A stretch of 64,000 nucleotides of DNA from an uncultured Methanomassiliicoccales archaeon (GCA_964347345.1 CAYFYB010000004.1:4681-68680); one strand, 5' to 3'; positions 43,185 through 51,749 are shown, numbered from the stretch's first letter. The notes: a model not told the origin generated them from the sequence alone. Numbers and translations are program-made.

Positions 43185-44765
43185 ATGGATAGCAAAGGGA
43201 TACCCGAGGACATCCAGACTTTCTTCAGAGGAAAGGGAGGTCACTCCCTCATCGTGAAGGGTTCGGCGGGTACTGGCAAGACGACATTGGCTCTCCAGCT
43301 GATTGAGGAACTGGAGGACATCCCGGGGAGCTACTACCTAAGCATCCGAGTTTCCGACGAGTCCCTCTACAACCAGTTCCCTTGGCTCAGGGAGAAGGTC
43401 AGGAAATCGGACCTTCTGAAAGTGGGCCGGGGCTTTCTCAGGAGCTTCGAGGAGGCGGACGAGGAGGAGATGGAGAGGATAAGGAAGGCCCGCAGCCTCC
43501 TCAGAGAGGTCTCAGAGGACGAGGTGCGGGTGACCAGGGTGGACAGGACTGAGCTGAACAAGCTGGAGGGCCGCCTCGAGATGGGCCAGGAGGGAGACGA
43601 GATATACGAGAAGGTGGGGGAGGGGGAGGTGGTGGATGACAGCGTCGTCTTCGACCTCGGTTCCGACCTTCCGGAGATTGACCTAGCCTACGATGCCATA
43701 GAGAGGAACCTCCCCCGGAAGAGCCTTCTCATCATTGACAGCATCGACGCCCTCAGCGAGAGGTACGGCATCCATCCGGCCAAACTCATCAACACCATCC
43801 AGAAGGACCTGGTGGAGAACAGCAATGCCAACGTTGTGTACGTGCTGGAGGGTAGCGGTGAGACGAAGCTAGACTACCTGGGAGACGGTGTTATGGAGAT
43901 GAAGGATGAGGAGGCACATGGGCGCCGCATACGTCTTCTTTTGGTGGAGAAGCTGAGAGGCCGGGAGATCTCCCAGCACAAGTACGTTTACACCCTCAAG
44001 GATGGGCGAGTAAGAGCCTTCTCATACCTCCCGCTGGAGGCTAAGGGCCGGGCCAGGAGGTGGAAACCCGTCAGGGACAAGGCCAAGAGGGTGTCAACAG
44101 GCAACGAGGCCCTGGATCAGCTCGTTGGGGGCCTAGGAAGAGGCGACATCATATCCATACAGGTGGATGTGAACGTGCCCAACGAGTTCGTTGACCCCCT
44201 CCTCATCGGGCTCATTGCCAACTTCTGCCGACTGGGGAGGGGCGTAGCCTTCGTCCCCCCTAGGAAGACTACCGCGGACTTCGTGAGGGATGCCATCAGA
44301 CTGTACACCGGAGAGGAGGCCTTCGACACCTACGTCAGGGTCTTCGAGTCCTCCCCCCTTGGCAGCCTGGAGAGCAGCAAGAACGCCCTTCAGATGGAGG
44401 GTTCTAGCGTGGAGACCGACCTGAAGTGGAGCACCGTTGAGTACAACCTGAGTGGTGCCAAACATCCCTTCCTCTCCCTGATGGCCTTCGACACCCTGGA
44501 GGCGGTGTACGGCGAGGCTGTCTCCTCCGAGATGACGGGGCACTTCTCCTCGATTAGGAAGTCTCAGGACATCTTCGTGGGCCTGACCTCTCCCACCTGC
44601 AAGTCCGCAGAGGCTGTGGCGAACGCCTCCTCGGTGCACCTGAGGGTGGAAAACGTGGACGGCTGCATCCTGATCTTCGGGGAGAAGCCCTACACCGGCT
44701 TTTACAACCTCTCTTTTGACTACCGTAAGGGCTGCCCGAAGGCCGTTATCACTCAGATTGTCTGA
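43185..44765 (+). CDS. GvpD-like / KaiC-RecA superfamily P-loop ATPase (two-domain)
   Basis: 'IPEDIQTFFRGKGGHSLIVKGSAGTGKTTLALQL' resembles the GvpD N-terminus. Walker B 'SLLIIDSIDAL'. A second RecA-like half lacks a P-loop ('VSTGNEALDQLVGGLGRGDIISIQV'). About 530 aa, as in GvpD. Start is ATG 43185 (SD GGGGAG) or 43158. Confidence 0.7.
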   Translation: MDSKGIPEDIQTFFRGKGGHSLIVKGSAGTGKTTLALQLIEELEDIPGSYYLSIRVSDESLYNQFPWLREKVRKSDLLKVGRGFLRSFEEADEEEMERIRKARSLLREVSEDEVRVTRVDRTELNKLEGRLEMGQEGDEIYEKVGEGEVVDDSVVFDLGSDLPEIDLAYDAIERNLPRKSLLIIDSIDALSERYGIHPAKLINTIQKDLVENSNANVVYVLEGSGETKLDYLGDGVMEMKDEEAHGRRIRLLLVEKLRGREISQHKYVYTLKDGRVRAFSYLPLEAKGRARRWKPVRDKAKRVSTGNEALDQLVGGLGRGDIISIQVDVNVPNEFVDPLLIGLIANFCRLGRGVAFVPPRKTTADFVRDAIRLYTGEEAFDTYVRVFESSPLGSLESSKNALQMEGSSVETDLKWSTVEYNLSGAKHPFLSLMAFDTLEAVYGEAVSSEMTGHFSSIRKSQDIFVGLTSPTCKSAEAVANASSVHLRVENVDGCILIFGEKPYTGFYNLSFDYRKGCPKAVITQIV

Positions 44766-44792
44766 TTTTAAGGCGGAAAATGAGTCTCACCT

Positions 44793-44821
44793 CTGATAAC
44801 TGAATAGAAATATGCTTAAAT
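44793..44821 (+). promoter_or_regulatory. Promoter of wHTH regulator 1: upstream motif CTGATAACTGAAT + TATA GCTTAAAT
   Basis: 'GCTTAAAT' (44814-44821) is about 25 nt upstream of ATG 44843. The 13-nt motif (44793-44805) recurs upstream of the paralogue at 47058-47070. Confidence 0.5.
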
Positions 44822-44842
44822 CGGACCATTCATCGAAGCCCG

Positions 44843-45187
44843 ATGAGGGAGAAGAACATCTCACGTCTCCTGACAGACGACTATGCTGAAAGGATTCTCG
44901 TTGCAACCCACGAAAACCCTCGGTCTGTCCAGGAGATCAGTGACAAGTACGATATCCCCATTGCTGCCTGTTACCGCAAGATTCATGAGCTTGAGGACGC
45001 GGGTTTTCTCAAGTGTGCAAAGATTGTCACCACCCCGAAGGGCAAGACCATGAAGCTATACCAGGCTACGCTGAGGAGCGCCCACTTGCTCTACGAGGAC
45101 GGGTCCTTCAAGGTAAAGTTCGAGTTCGAGCAGGATAGCACAATCAACGGCAAGTGGATCGAACTCAACAGTGCTCTGAACAACTAG
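44843..45187 (+). CDS. ArsR/PadR-like winged-helix transcriptional regulator (paralogue 1)
   Basis: 114 aa. 'RSVQEISDKYDIPIAACYRKIHELEDAGFL' HTH. About half of the residues are identical by eye to 47130..47492. Confidence 0.75.
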   Translation: MREKNISRLLTDDYAERILVATHENPRSVQEISDKYDIPIAACYRKIHELEDAGFLKCAKIVTTPKGKTMKLYQATLRSAHLLYEDGSFKVKFEFEQDSTINGKWIELNSALNN

Positions 45188-45226
45188 TTATCTGATTCAT
45201 TTCTGCTCTGCGGATACTTCCCACCC

Positions 45227-46201
45227 TTGGTGGAAGGTTTAATAAAGGCTGGAGAATTTCAAAGGGTCTGTAGAGGTGATCGTCTGACCTACGACATTAT
45301 TGTCATTGGTTCTGGACCCGCGGGCCTCACTGCGGCCGTCTACGCTACCCGAGGTAACCTTAGCACCCTCGTAATCGCCGGCTCCCAGTATGGTGGCCAG
45401 CTGATGCTGACTACTGAGGTTGAGAACTACCCGGGCTTCCCCAGCGGCGTTCAGGGTCCAGAGCTCATGGACCTGATGATTAAGCAGGCGGAGAGGTTTG
45501 ACGCGCAGTTCATATATGACGATGTCTCCAGGGTGGACTTTGGGGGCCGCCCCTTTAGGGTCTACACTGGCGAGAAGGAGCACCTGGGCAGGAGCGTCAT
45601 CATCTCTACTGGAGCGTCCGCAAGGTGGCTTGGCCTTGAGTCCGAGGAGAAGTTGAGGGGACGCGGGGTGTCCAGCTGTGCTACCTGCGATGGGCACTTT
45701 TTCAAGGATAAGGATGTCCTCGTCGTCGGTGGTGGCGACAGCGCGATGGAGGAGGCCCTCTTCCTCTCGCGGTTGGTCAATAGAGTAAGGGTCATCCACC
45801 GTCGGGACAAGCTGCGAGCCAGTAAGATTATGCAGGAGAGGGCTTTCAAGAATCCCAAGATCGACTTCCTCTGGGACTCGGTTGTCGTGGATGTCCTTGG
45901 AGGGGAGAAGGTTGAGGGTGCGCGCGTCAGGAATGTGAAGACTGGGGAGGAGAAGGATCTCGCCTGCGATGGCGTGTTCATCGCCATAGGCCACGAGCCC
46001 AACACCGGCATCTTCAAGAATCAGTTGGAGATGGACAAGAAGGGCTACATCAAGGTCTGGGACCACACGCGGAGCAGTGTGGAAGGTATCTTCGTAGCCG
46101 GCGACGTTCATGACTACCGATATAGGCAGGCAGTGACGGCCGCCGGCTTTGGCTGCATGGCGGCCATGGATGCAGAGAAGTGGCTGGAGGCCCAGGACTA
46201 G
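45227..46201 (+). CDS. trxB: Thioredoxin-disulfide reductase
   Basis: 'YDIIVIGSGPAGLTAA', redox-active 'CATCDG', 'VVGGGDSAMEEA'. The start is uncertain (TTG 45227 / GTG 45230). A TATA-like 'GGTTTAATAAAGG' sits at 45236-45248, inside the predicted 5' end. Confidence 0.85.
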   Translation: MVEGLIKAGEFQRVCRGDRLTYDIIVIGSGPAGLTAAVYATRGNLSTLVIAGSQYGGQLMLTTEVENYPGFPSGVQGPELMDLMIKQAERFDAQFIYDDVSRVDFGGRPFRVYTGEKEHLGRSVIISTGASARWLGLESEEKLRGRGVSSCATCDGHFFKDKDVLVVGGGDSAMEEALFLSRLVNRVRVIHRRDKLRASKIMQERAFKNPKIDFLWDSVVVDVLGGEKVEGARVRNVKTGEEKDLACDGVFIAIGHEPNTGIFKNQLEMDKKGYIKVWDHTRSSVEGIFVAGDVHDYRYRQAVTAAGFGCMAAMDAEKWLEAQD

Positions 46202-46202
46202 G

Positions 46203-46679
46203 ATGTCAACGCGTCCAAGCTTCCAGGAGGCCCTCAGTCAAATCACGCCGCTCCTTCAGGCGGAGAAGCATCCCGAAGCCTTGCTCCAGGGGGTCGTCGA
46301 CTTCCTCTTCGAGGTATCTCCTGACTATTCCTGGGTAGGCATCTACCTGCTGGATGGGGAGGAGCTTGTCTTGGCAGCATGGCAGGGTCATGAGGTAACG
46401 GAGCACGCGAGAATACCTGTGAGCCGTGGGGTTTGTGGTCTGGCCGCCAGGGCTGGGATGGTCGTCAACGTCCCTGATGTCAGCGAGGACCCCCGGTATC
46501 TGATGTGTTTCCCCAGCACAAGGTCCGAACTCGTGGTTCCCATACTGGGTTCTGGCGGTGTGCTCGGGGAGATAGACATCGATAGCGACGAGCTGGCGGC
46601 CTTCCGCCAGGAGGACGAGGCTTTCTTGAAGGCTGTGGCGGAACGACTGGCGAAGATCTTGGAGTCCATGCCACCTTAG
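46203..46679 (+). CDS. GAF-domain protein, free-methionine-(R)-sulfoxide-reductase-like
   Basis: ATG at 46203 is 1 nt after the trxB stop. 'WVGIYLLDGEELVLAAWQG...RGVCGLAARAGMVVNVPDV...ELVVPIL..GVLGEIDIDS' matches the single-GAF fRMsr pattern. Confidence 0.7.
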   Translation: MSTRPSFQEALSQITPLLQAEKHPEALLQGVVDFLFEVSPDYSWVGIYLLDGEELVLAAWQGHEVTEHARIPVSRGVCGLAARAGMVVNVPDVSEDPRYLMCFPSTRSELVVPILGSGGVLGEIDIDSDELAAFRQEDEAFLKAVAERLAKILESMPP

Positions 46680-46695
46680 TCCCTAAACTTGATAT

Positions 46696-47034
46696 GTGGC
46701 CCCCCACCTGATGACTACGAGGGATATGATGGCGGAGGAAGTACCTGTAGCCAGGGTCGAAGAGATTCCCCCTGGCTCCGGAAGGGTCGTGGAGGCTGCG
46801 GGGAAGACCCTGGCGGTCTTCAATGTGAACGGTAGTTTCCATGTGATTGACAATGAATGTCTCCACCGCGGGGGGCCCCTAGGCGAGGGTCTCCTGGAGA
46901 AGAATGTGGTCACGTGTCCGTGGCATGGTTGGGAGTACGATGTCATCACGGGTTCTAATGCATTCAACCCTGGCTTGAAGGTCAACGCGTACAAGGTTAC
47001 GGTCAAGGACGGGGAGATCAGAATCACTCTCTGA
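46696..47034 (+). CDS. Rieske [2Fe-2S] domain protein (NirD-like small ferredoxin)
   Basis: 'CLHRGGPL' ... 'CPWHGWEYD' (CxH...CxxH). The start may be ATG 46711 or 46726 rather than GTG 46696. Confidence 0.75.
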   Translation: MAPHLMTTRDMMAEEVPVARVEEIPPGSGRVVEAAGKTLAVFNVNGSFHVIDNECLHRGGPLGEGLLEKNVVTCPWHGWEYDVITGSNAFNPGLKVNAYKVTVKDGEIRITL

Positions 47035-47057
47035 GTCCCGAAGATGATAATCACTGG

Positions 47058-47084
47058 CTGATAATCGAATGACAACGCTTAAAT
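47058..47084 (+). promoter_or_regulatory. Promoter of wHTH regulator 2: upstream motif CTGATAATCGAAT + TATA GCTTAAAT
   Basis: Same 'GCTTAAAT' TATA (47077-47084) and same-architecture upstream motif (47058-47070) as at 44793-44821. Confidence 0.5.
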
Positions 47085-47129
47085 ACTGAAAAGCGCAATC
47101 GCCTGTTTCCACGTAGCAGGGGTTTCAAA

Positions 47130-47492
47130 GTGGAGGACAGGCTAATGAACCCGTTGGAGGCTTCCCAACTCCTCACAGACGAATACAGTGCCAAGATTTT
47201 ACTGGCCACGTACAAGAGAAAGATCAGCGCTCAGGAAATCAGCGCGCGCTACGGGATACCCATCGCGGCCTGCTACCGCAAGATCCGCATCCTGGAAGAG
47301 GCCGGGTTGATAGCGTGTGTGGACAGAGTTCTGACCCAGAAGGGGAAGAGGAAGAACCTGTACACCTCAAGGCTGAAGAATGCCTACATCTTCTTCGAGA
47401 ATGGCAGGCTCAGGGCCCGGTTCCAGCTTGTATCGGGGGCTATCAAGGACTTTGGCGGTGACTGGACGGGGGCTGACGTCGTCACGAAGTAA
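47130..47492 (+). CDS. ArsR/PadR-like winged-helix transcriptional regulator (paralogue 2)
   Basis: 120 aa. 'ISAQEISARYGIPIAACYRKIRILEEAGLI'. Start is GTG 47130 or ATG 47145. Confidence 0.75.
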   Translation: MEDRLMNPLEASQLLTDEYSAKILLATYKRKISAQEISARYGIPIAACYRKIRILEEAGLIACVDRVLTQKGKRKNLYTSRLKNAYIFFENGRLRARFQLVSGAIKDFGGDWTGADVVTK

Positions 47493-47504
47493 GCCTGCTA
47501 TCGG

Positions 47505-47520
47505 TATTTTATCATTTTTG
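47505..47520 (+). terminator. Oligo-T archaeal terminator candidate
   Basis: 'TATTTTATCATTTTTG' lies 13 nt after the stop of 47130..47492. Confidence 0.3.
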
Positions 47521-47569
47521 AGAATAGCGTCTTTAGATTTAAGTAGTCCACCAGTACCTCGCGCTTCTG

Positions 47570-47701
47570 ATGAGGATAAGGCTCAGAAAAATCCTCCCGG
47601 ACGGACGAAGCGTCAGGTTTGACAAGGAAGAGGACGAGAAGGACATACTGACGCTCAACATCATCGTCTGGAAGGAGGCAAGGGCCAGAACCCGGGTCTA
47701 G
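47570..47701 (+). CDS. Candidate 43-aa small protein
   Basis: Own translation: MRIRLRKILPDGRSVRFDKEEDEKDILTLNIIVWKEARARTRV. TATA-like 'TTTAGATTTAAGTAG' is centred about 28 nt upstream of the ATG. Protein-like composition. Confidence 0.25.
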   Translation: MRIRLRKILPDGRSVRFDKEEDEKDILTLNIIVWKEARARTRV

Positions 47702-47715
47702 CCCCCTCTCCTTTC

Positions 47716-48279
47716 TCAGCCTCCTTCGACGGTAACCACTTTCCCATCGACCACGTCGACCCTGAGCAGCGTCTTTATGGGGAGGCCGATCTCCTTCTCC
47801 AGCTCGGTTTTGTCCTCCATCTTGTCGAAGACCACTAGCACGTCCACGACCTCGGCTCCCGCTACCCGTAGGGCTTCCACGACGGCTCTCAGGGTCCCAC
47901 CGGTACTTACGACGTCGTCCACAAAGACAACTCGGTCGCCCGGCTTGACGAAGTTCAGGTATAGGTCTCCCTTGGAGTAGCCTGTCACCTGCCTGACAGA
48001 CACCTCCCCCGGAAGGCCGTACTTCTTCTTCCTAAGGAATACGTAGGGCTTACCTGTCCTGACGCTGAGGAGAGCAGCGAGTGGGAAGCCCATGGCCTCG
48101 GCCGTAACAATACAGTCACAATCGAAGTTGCCCACCTGGAGAAGAGCTTCCACAACTTCTTGTAAGACCACAGGGTCAGCAGGCGGAATCCCATCTGTTA
48201 TGGAATGCACGAAGTAGTTGTACTCACCGAACTTAACCACAGGCGTCTCGTGCAGGCTTCTCTTCAACATCTCAAGCAT
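47716..48279 (-). CDS. hpt: Hypoxanthine/guanine phosphoribosyltransferase (archaeal type)
   Basis: ATG at 48279 ('MLEMLKRSLHETPVVKFGEYNYFVHSITDGIP') is 4 nt after the mtaD stop. PRPP loop 'VVFVDDVVSTGGT'. Confidence 0.85.
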   Translation of the reverse strand: MLEMLKRSLHETPVVKFGEYNYFVHSITDGIPPADPVVLQEVVEALLQVGNFDCDCIVTAEAMGFPLAALLSVRTGKPYVFLRKKKYGLPGEVSVRQVTGYSKGDLYLNFVKPGDRVVFVDDVVSTGGTLRAVVEALRVAGAEVVDVLVVFDKMEDKTELEKEIGLPIKTLLRVDVVDGKVVTVEGG

Positions 48280-48283
48280 AGGA

Positions 48284-49537
48284 TCACCTCGACACCACAT
48301 CTTCTGCGACCTTTTGCGCTCTTCTTATGATCTCCATCTCCCCCTTTACACGGCGTCCTTTCATCAGAACCTTGCCGTCGCAGATCACTGTGTCTACCAC
48401 CGAAGCATTGGCGGAGTAGACGACGTTAGAGTTGAGGTTGAAAAGTGGCACCATCTCTGGTCTTCGCAGGTCAAGCAGCGCCACGTCGGCGAGCCTGCCC
48501 TCCTCAACGGTCCCGGCCGGGATCCCCAAGGCGTCGGCACCTCCCCTGGTGGCCATGTGCAATGCATCCTCAGCTCGCAAGGACGTGGGCTGGCCAGTGT
48601 AGAACTTCTGCAGCAGAGAGGCCAACTTCATGGCCTCGAACATGTCCAGATTGTTGTTGGAGGACGCTCCGTCCGTCCCCAGCGCTGCGTTCACTCCAGC
48701 AGCCTTCATGGCCTCAAAGGGGAATGCTCTGCCCACAGCCAGCTTCATGTTCGATGTGGGATTGTGAACCGCGCTGACCCCCCTTTCGCCCAAGAGCCTG
48801 ACATCCGACTGCGTCAGCCACACGCAGTGGGCCGCCACCAGCCATGGACCAAGAAAGCCCATATCATCCAGGGCACGAGCGGGACCCTTTCCATACATTT
48901 CTTCGGACTGCTTCAGCTCCTTCTCCGTCTCAGCCAGGTGGAAGTGGACCTTGAGCCCCTCATCCACCGCCATCCCCACGATGCTCTCCAGCGTTCCGCG
49001 AGAGACGGTATAGATGGCGTGGGGACCGAGGGCCGCCGAGAGCCTGCTTGACTTGAGTCCGGAAACGAAGCGCAAGATGTTCTCCGTGGCCTTCAGTTCC
49101 CTCTCCGCTCTCTCCTCGTCGAAGAGGTCTATGACACCATAGCTGAGGAAAGCCCTCATACCCATGTCGAGAACAGCCCTCGCCGCTTCCTCCATGCAGA
49201 AATACATGTCGTTGAAGGTGGTGGTCCCCCCCTTGATCATTTCCAGACATGCGAGCTTCGTCCCCCAGTAGACGTCCTCCGCGGTGAGCTTCGCCTCAAG
49301 AGGCCATATCCTTCCCTCCAGCCACTCCTGCAGGTTCATGTCATCTGCGTAGCTGCGGAAGAGGGTCATGGCCGCGTGGGTATGGGCATTTATCAGACCG
49401 GGGATGCAAGCCTTACCCTCCCCCTCGATAACGACGTCTGCCTCTCGAGCGGGCCCAATCTCCGTTATGAGATTGTCCTCGATGTATACACTCGTTTCCT
49501 CCCCCTCAAGGAGGACATGTTTCAGGAGAATGCTCAC
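48284..49537 (-). CDS. mtaD: 5'-methylthioadenosine/S-adenosylhomocysteine (adenosine-type) deaminase, amidohydrolase family
   Basis: 417 aa. 'IPGLINAHTHAAMTLFRSYADDMNLQEWL', 'HFHLAET', 'LGTDGASSNN'. Confidence 0.8.
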   Translation of the reverse strand: MSILLKHVLLEGEETSVYIEDNLITEIGPAREADVVIEGEGKACIPGLINAHTHAAMTLFRSYADDMNLQEWLEGRIWPLEAKLTAEDVYWGTKLACLEMIKGGTTTFNDMYFCMEEAARAVLDMGMRAFLSYGVIDLFDEERAERELKATENILRFVSGLKSSRLSAALGPHAIYTVSRGTLESIVGMAVDEGLKVHFHLAETEKELKQSEEMYGKGPARALDDMGFLGPWLVAAHCVWLTQSDVRLLGERGVSAVHNPTSNMKLAVGRAFPFEAMKAAGVNAALGTDGASSNNNLDMFEAMKLASLLQKFYTGQPTSLRAEDALHMATRGGADALGIPAGTVEEGRLADVALLDLRRPEMVPLFNLNSNVVYSANASVVDTVICDGKVLMKGRRVKGEMEIIRRAQKVAEDVVSR

Positions 49538-50256
49538 AGAATCGCCTCCAGAAACGTAGCGAGAACCCTCCTGAGGGTTTCGGCATTCTCCTTCTGGACC
49601 TCCACTATGGCCTCATAGGTCAGAGCCTCGTCTACTATGCCGTGGCAGTAATTGTCAACGCTGCAGAGAGCTGCATATGGGACGTTGAGTTCCTTGGATA
49701 AGGTGGCCTCGGAAGCCATCGTCATTCCCACCACGTCCCCAAACTCTCTCATGAGGCGTATCTCCGCCCTTGTCTCCAGCCTGGGACCCCTCGTCTGAAC
49801 GTACACCCCCCCGTCGTGGACGGGAACGCCACAGTCTCGGGCAGCCGTCACGAGCGCCTTCCTCAGGGAGGGGTCCAGTTCCGGTGTCACGTGGACAACC
49901 TCCTCGTCATGGTAGGTAGGGACTTCCCAAGGGGACAGGTAGTCGTCGGGGACAACCAGCTCACCGGGCTTGACCTCTAGCTGTAGAGAGCCCACAGAGG
50001 ATGTGCTCACCACCCTCTCCACCCCGGCCTCCTTGATGGCCCAGAGATTTGCTTTATGGTTGATTCTGTGGGGTGGTATTCTGTGTCTCGGTCCATGGCG
50101 GGCTAAGAAGGCCACCTCCCTGCTGCCGAAAGAGCCTACCTCCAGGGGTGCCGAGGGCTTACCGTGAGGCGTGGAGACCACACGGGACTCCTCGACCTCT
50201 AGGAGGCCAGACCTGTAGAGGCCGGATCCTCCTATTATGGCAAGGCGAGGCTTCAC
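49534..50256 (-). CDS. mtnP: S-methyl-5'-thioadenosine / purine nucleoside phosphorylase
   Basis: 240 aa. 'LAIIGGSGLY', 'FLARHG', 'VVGMTMASEATL'. 4-nt overlap with mtaD. Confidence 0.8.
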   Translation of the reverse strand: MKPRLAIIGGSGLYRSGLLEVEESRVVSTPHGKPSAPLEVGSFGSREVAFLARHGPRHRIPPHRINHKANLWAIKEAGVERVVSTSSVGSLQLEVKPGELVVPDDYLSPWEVPTYHDEEVVHVTPELDPSLRKALVTAARDCGVPVHDGGVYVQTRGPRLETRAEIRLMREFGDVVGMTMASEATLSKELNVPYAALCSVDNYCHGIVDEALTYEAIVEVQKENAETLRRVLATFLEAIL

Positions 50257-50288
50257 GCGGGTCCCTAAATGCTACCGTTGATTAAAGG

Positions 50289-51749
50289 TTATGACAGAAG
50301 GTTGACCGTCACGTTCTTGACCCGGCAGTAGTTGTAGACGGCTTCTAGCCCCTGCTCCCTTCCGATTCCGCTTTCCTTGAAGCCCCCGAAGGGAACTTGA
50401 GGGAAGGTGATGGGATACTCGTTGATAGAGACAATCCCCGCCTCCAGTTCTGCAGCCATGCGATGGGCCACGGAAAGGTTCTTGGTCCAGACCCCCGCGC
50501 AGAGCCCGAATTCCGTCGCGTTGGCAATTTCGAGGGCTTCGTCCACATCGGCGAAGCCAATGGTGCTGAGGACGGGGCCGAAGATCTCCTCCCTGGCAAT
50601 GGTCATTGTAGGATCGACGTCGATGAAGATGGTGGGCTGAACGAAGTTCCCCTGGGCAAGCTTGGCTTCCCTTGGCCTCTCTCCTCCAACCAAAAGTCTT
50701 GCACCCTGGTTCTTACCGATGTCGATGTATCTCAGGACCCTCTCCACCTGCTCCTTCGAAACCAGTGGACCCATCTGGCTCCCCTCATCCAACCCAGGCC
50801 CCGTTACTATGCCCTTTGCCTTCTCCCTCAGATGTTTTTGGAACTCGTCTTGGATGGACTCTTGGATGAGCAACCGTGAGCCCGCCCAGCACATCTGGCC
50901 CGCGTTCGTGAAAATCCCCCGGAGAACTCCCCGAGCGGCTCTCGCCCTGTCGGCGTCCTCCAGGACTATGTTGGGACACTTGCCCCCCAGTTCAAGCGTA
51001 ACGGGGGTGATATGCTCCGCCGCGAGCTTCATGACCTCTCTGCCGGTCTCCACGGAGCCGGTGAAGGTGATGCTGTCGACGGATGGGTGGCTCGCCATGT
51101 AGCTCCCCGTCTCAGAGCCGCTACCAGGAACGACGTTGAGGACGCCCTTGGGAAGACCTGCCTGGGAGGCGATCTCCGCCAGAACGAGATTCGTCAAGGG
51201 TGCCCAGCTGGAAGGTTTCATGACTGCAGTGTTTCCGGCAGCCAGGGCCGGGGCCAGGCCCCGGGAACCCAAGACGAGTGGATAATTCCACGGCACGATG
51301 TGCGCGGTGACCCCCAAGGGCTCAACCCTTGTGTAGTCGAACCTGAGACCGGGAACGGGGATAGTCTTGCCCTCTATCTTGTCCGCTAGACCTGCGAAGT
51401 ACTCCCACGTCCTGGCTGTGTACTCCACATCCCCCCTCGCCTCCTTAAGGGTCTTCCCGTTGTCCAGGCTCTCCAACCTTGCCAGGTCGGTGGCCCTTTC
51501 CCTTATGAGCGAGGCTAGCCGAGAGAGAATCCTACCCCTCTCCGTAGGGTCCATTCCCCGCCATTCCTTTCCTTCGAAGGCTTCCCGGGCGGAAGCCACG
51601 GCGAGGTCAACGTCCTCCTTAACCCCCCTTGCCACCTCCGCCAGTGGCTTGTTGTTGGCCGGGTCATAGGTGGTGAAGGTGGACCCGGATATACTCTCCT
51701 TCCAGCCGCCATCCACAAACAAAGGGTAGCGCCCCATCTCCTCGGGCAA
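50289..51749 (-). CDS. NAD(P)+-dependent aldehyde dehydrogenase
   Basis: 486 aa. 'VTLELGGKCPNIV', catalytic Cys context 'NAGQMCWAGSRL', 'EEIFGPV'. Confidence 0.9.
   Translation of the reverse strand: MPEEMGRYPLFVDGGWKESISGSTFTTYDPANNKPLAEVARGVKEDVDLAVASAREAFEGKEWRGMDPTERGRILSRLASLIRERATDLARLESLDNGKTLKEARGDVEYTARTWEYFAGLADKIEGKTIPVPGLRFDYTRVEPLGVTAHIVPWNYPLVLGSRGLAPALAAGNTAVMKPSSWAPLTNLVLAEIASQAGLPKGVLNVVPGSGSETGSYMASHPSVDSITFTGSVETGREVMKLAAEHITPVTLELGGKCPNIVLEDADRARAARGVLRGIFTNAGQMCWAGSRLLIQESIQDEFQKHLREKAKGIVTGPGLDEGSQMGPLVSKEQVERVLRYIDIGKNQGARLLVGGERPREAKLAQGNFVQPTIFIDVDPTMTIAREEIFGPVLSTIGFADVDEALEIANATEFGLCAGVWTKNLSVAHRMAAELEAGIVSINEYPITFPQVPFGGFKESGIGREQGLEAVYNYCRVKNVTVNLLS

Noticed and set aside
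47044-47089. Possible C/D-box sRNA (AUGAUAA ... CUGA ... AUGACAA ... CUGA)
   Set aside because: Both C-like boxes deviate from RUGAUGA. The first guide spacer would be only about 7 nt. The element coincides with the promoter and operator-like motif of the wHTH gene. The paralogous promoter at 44793 has the motif but no C box.
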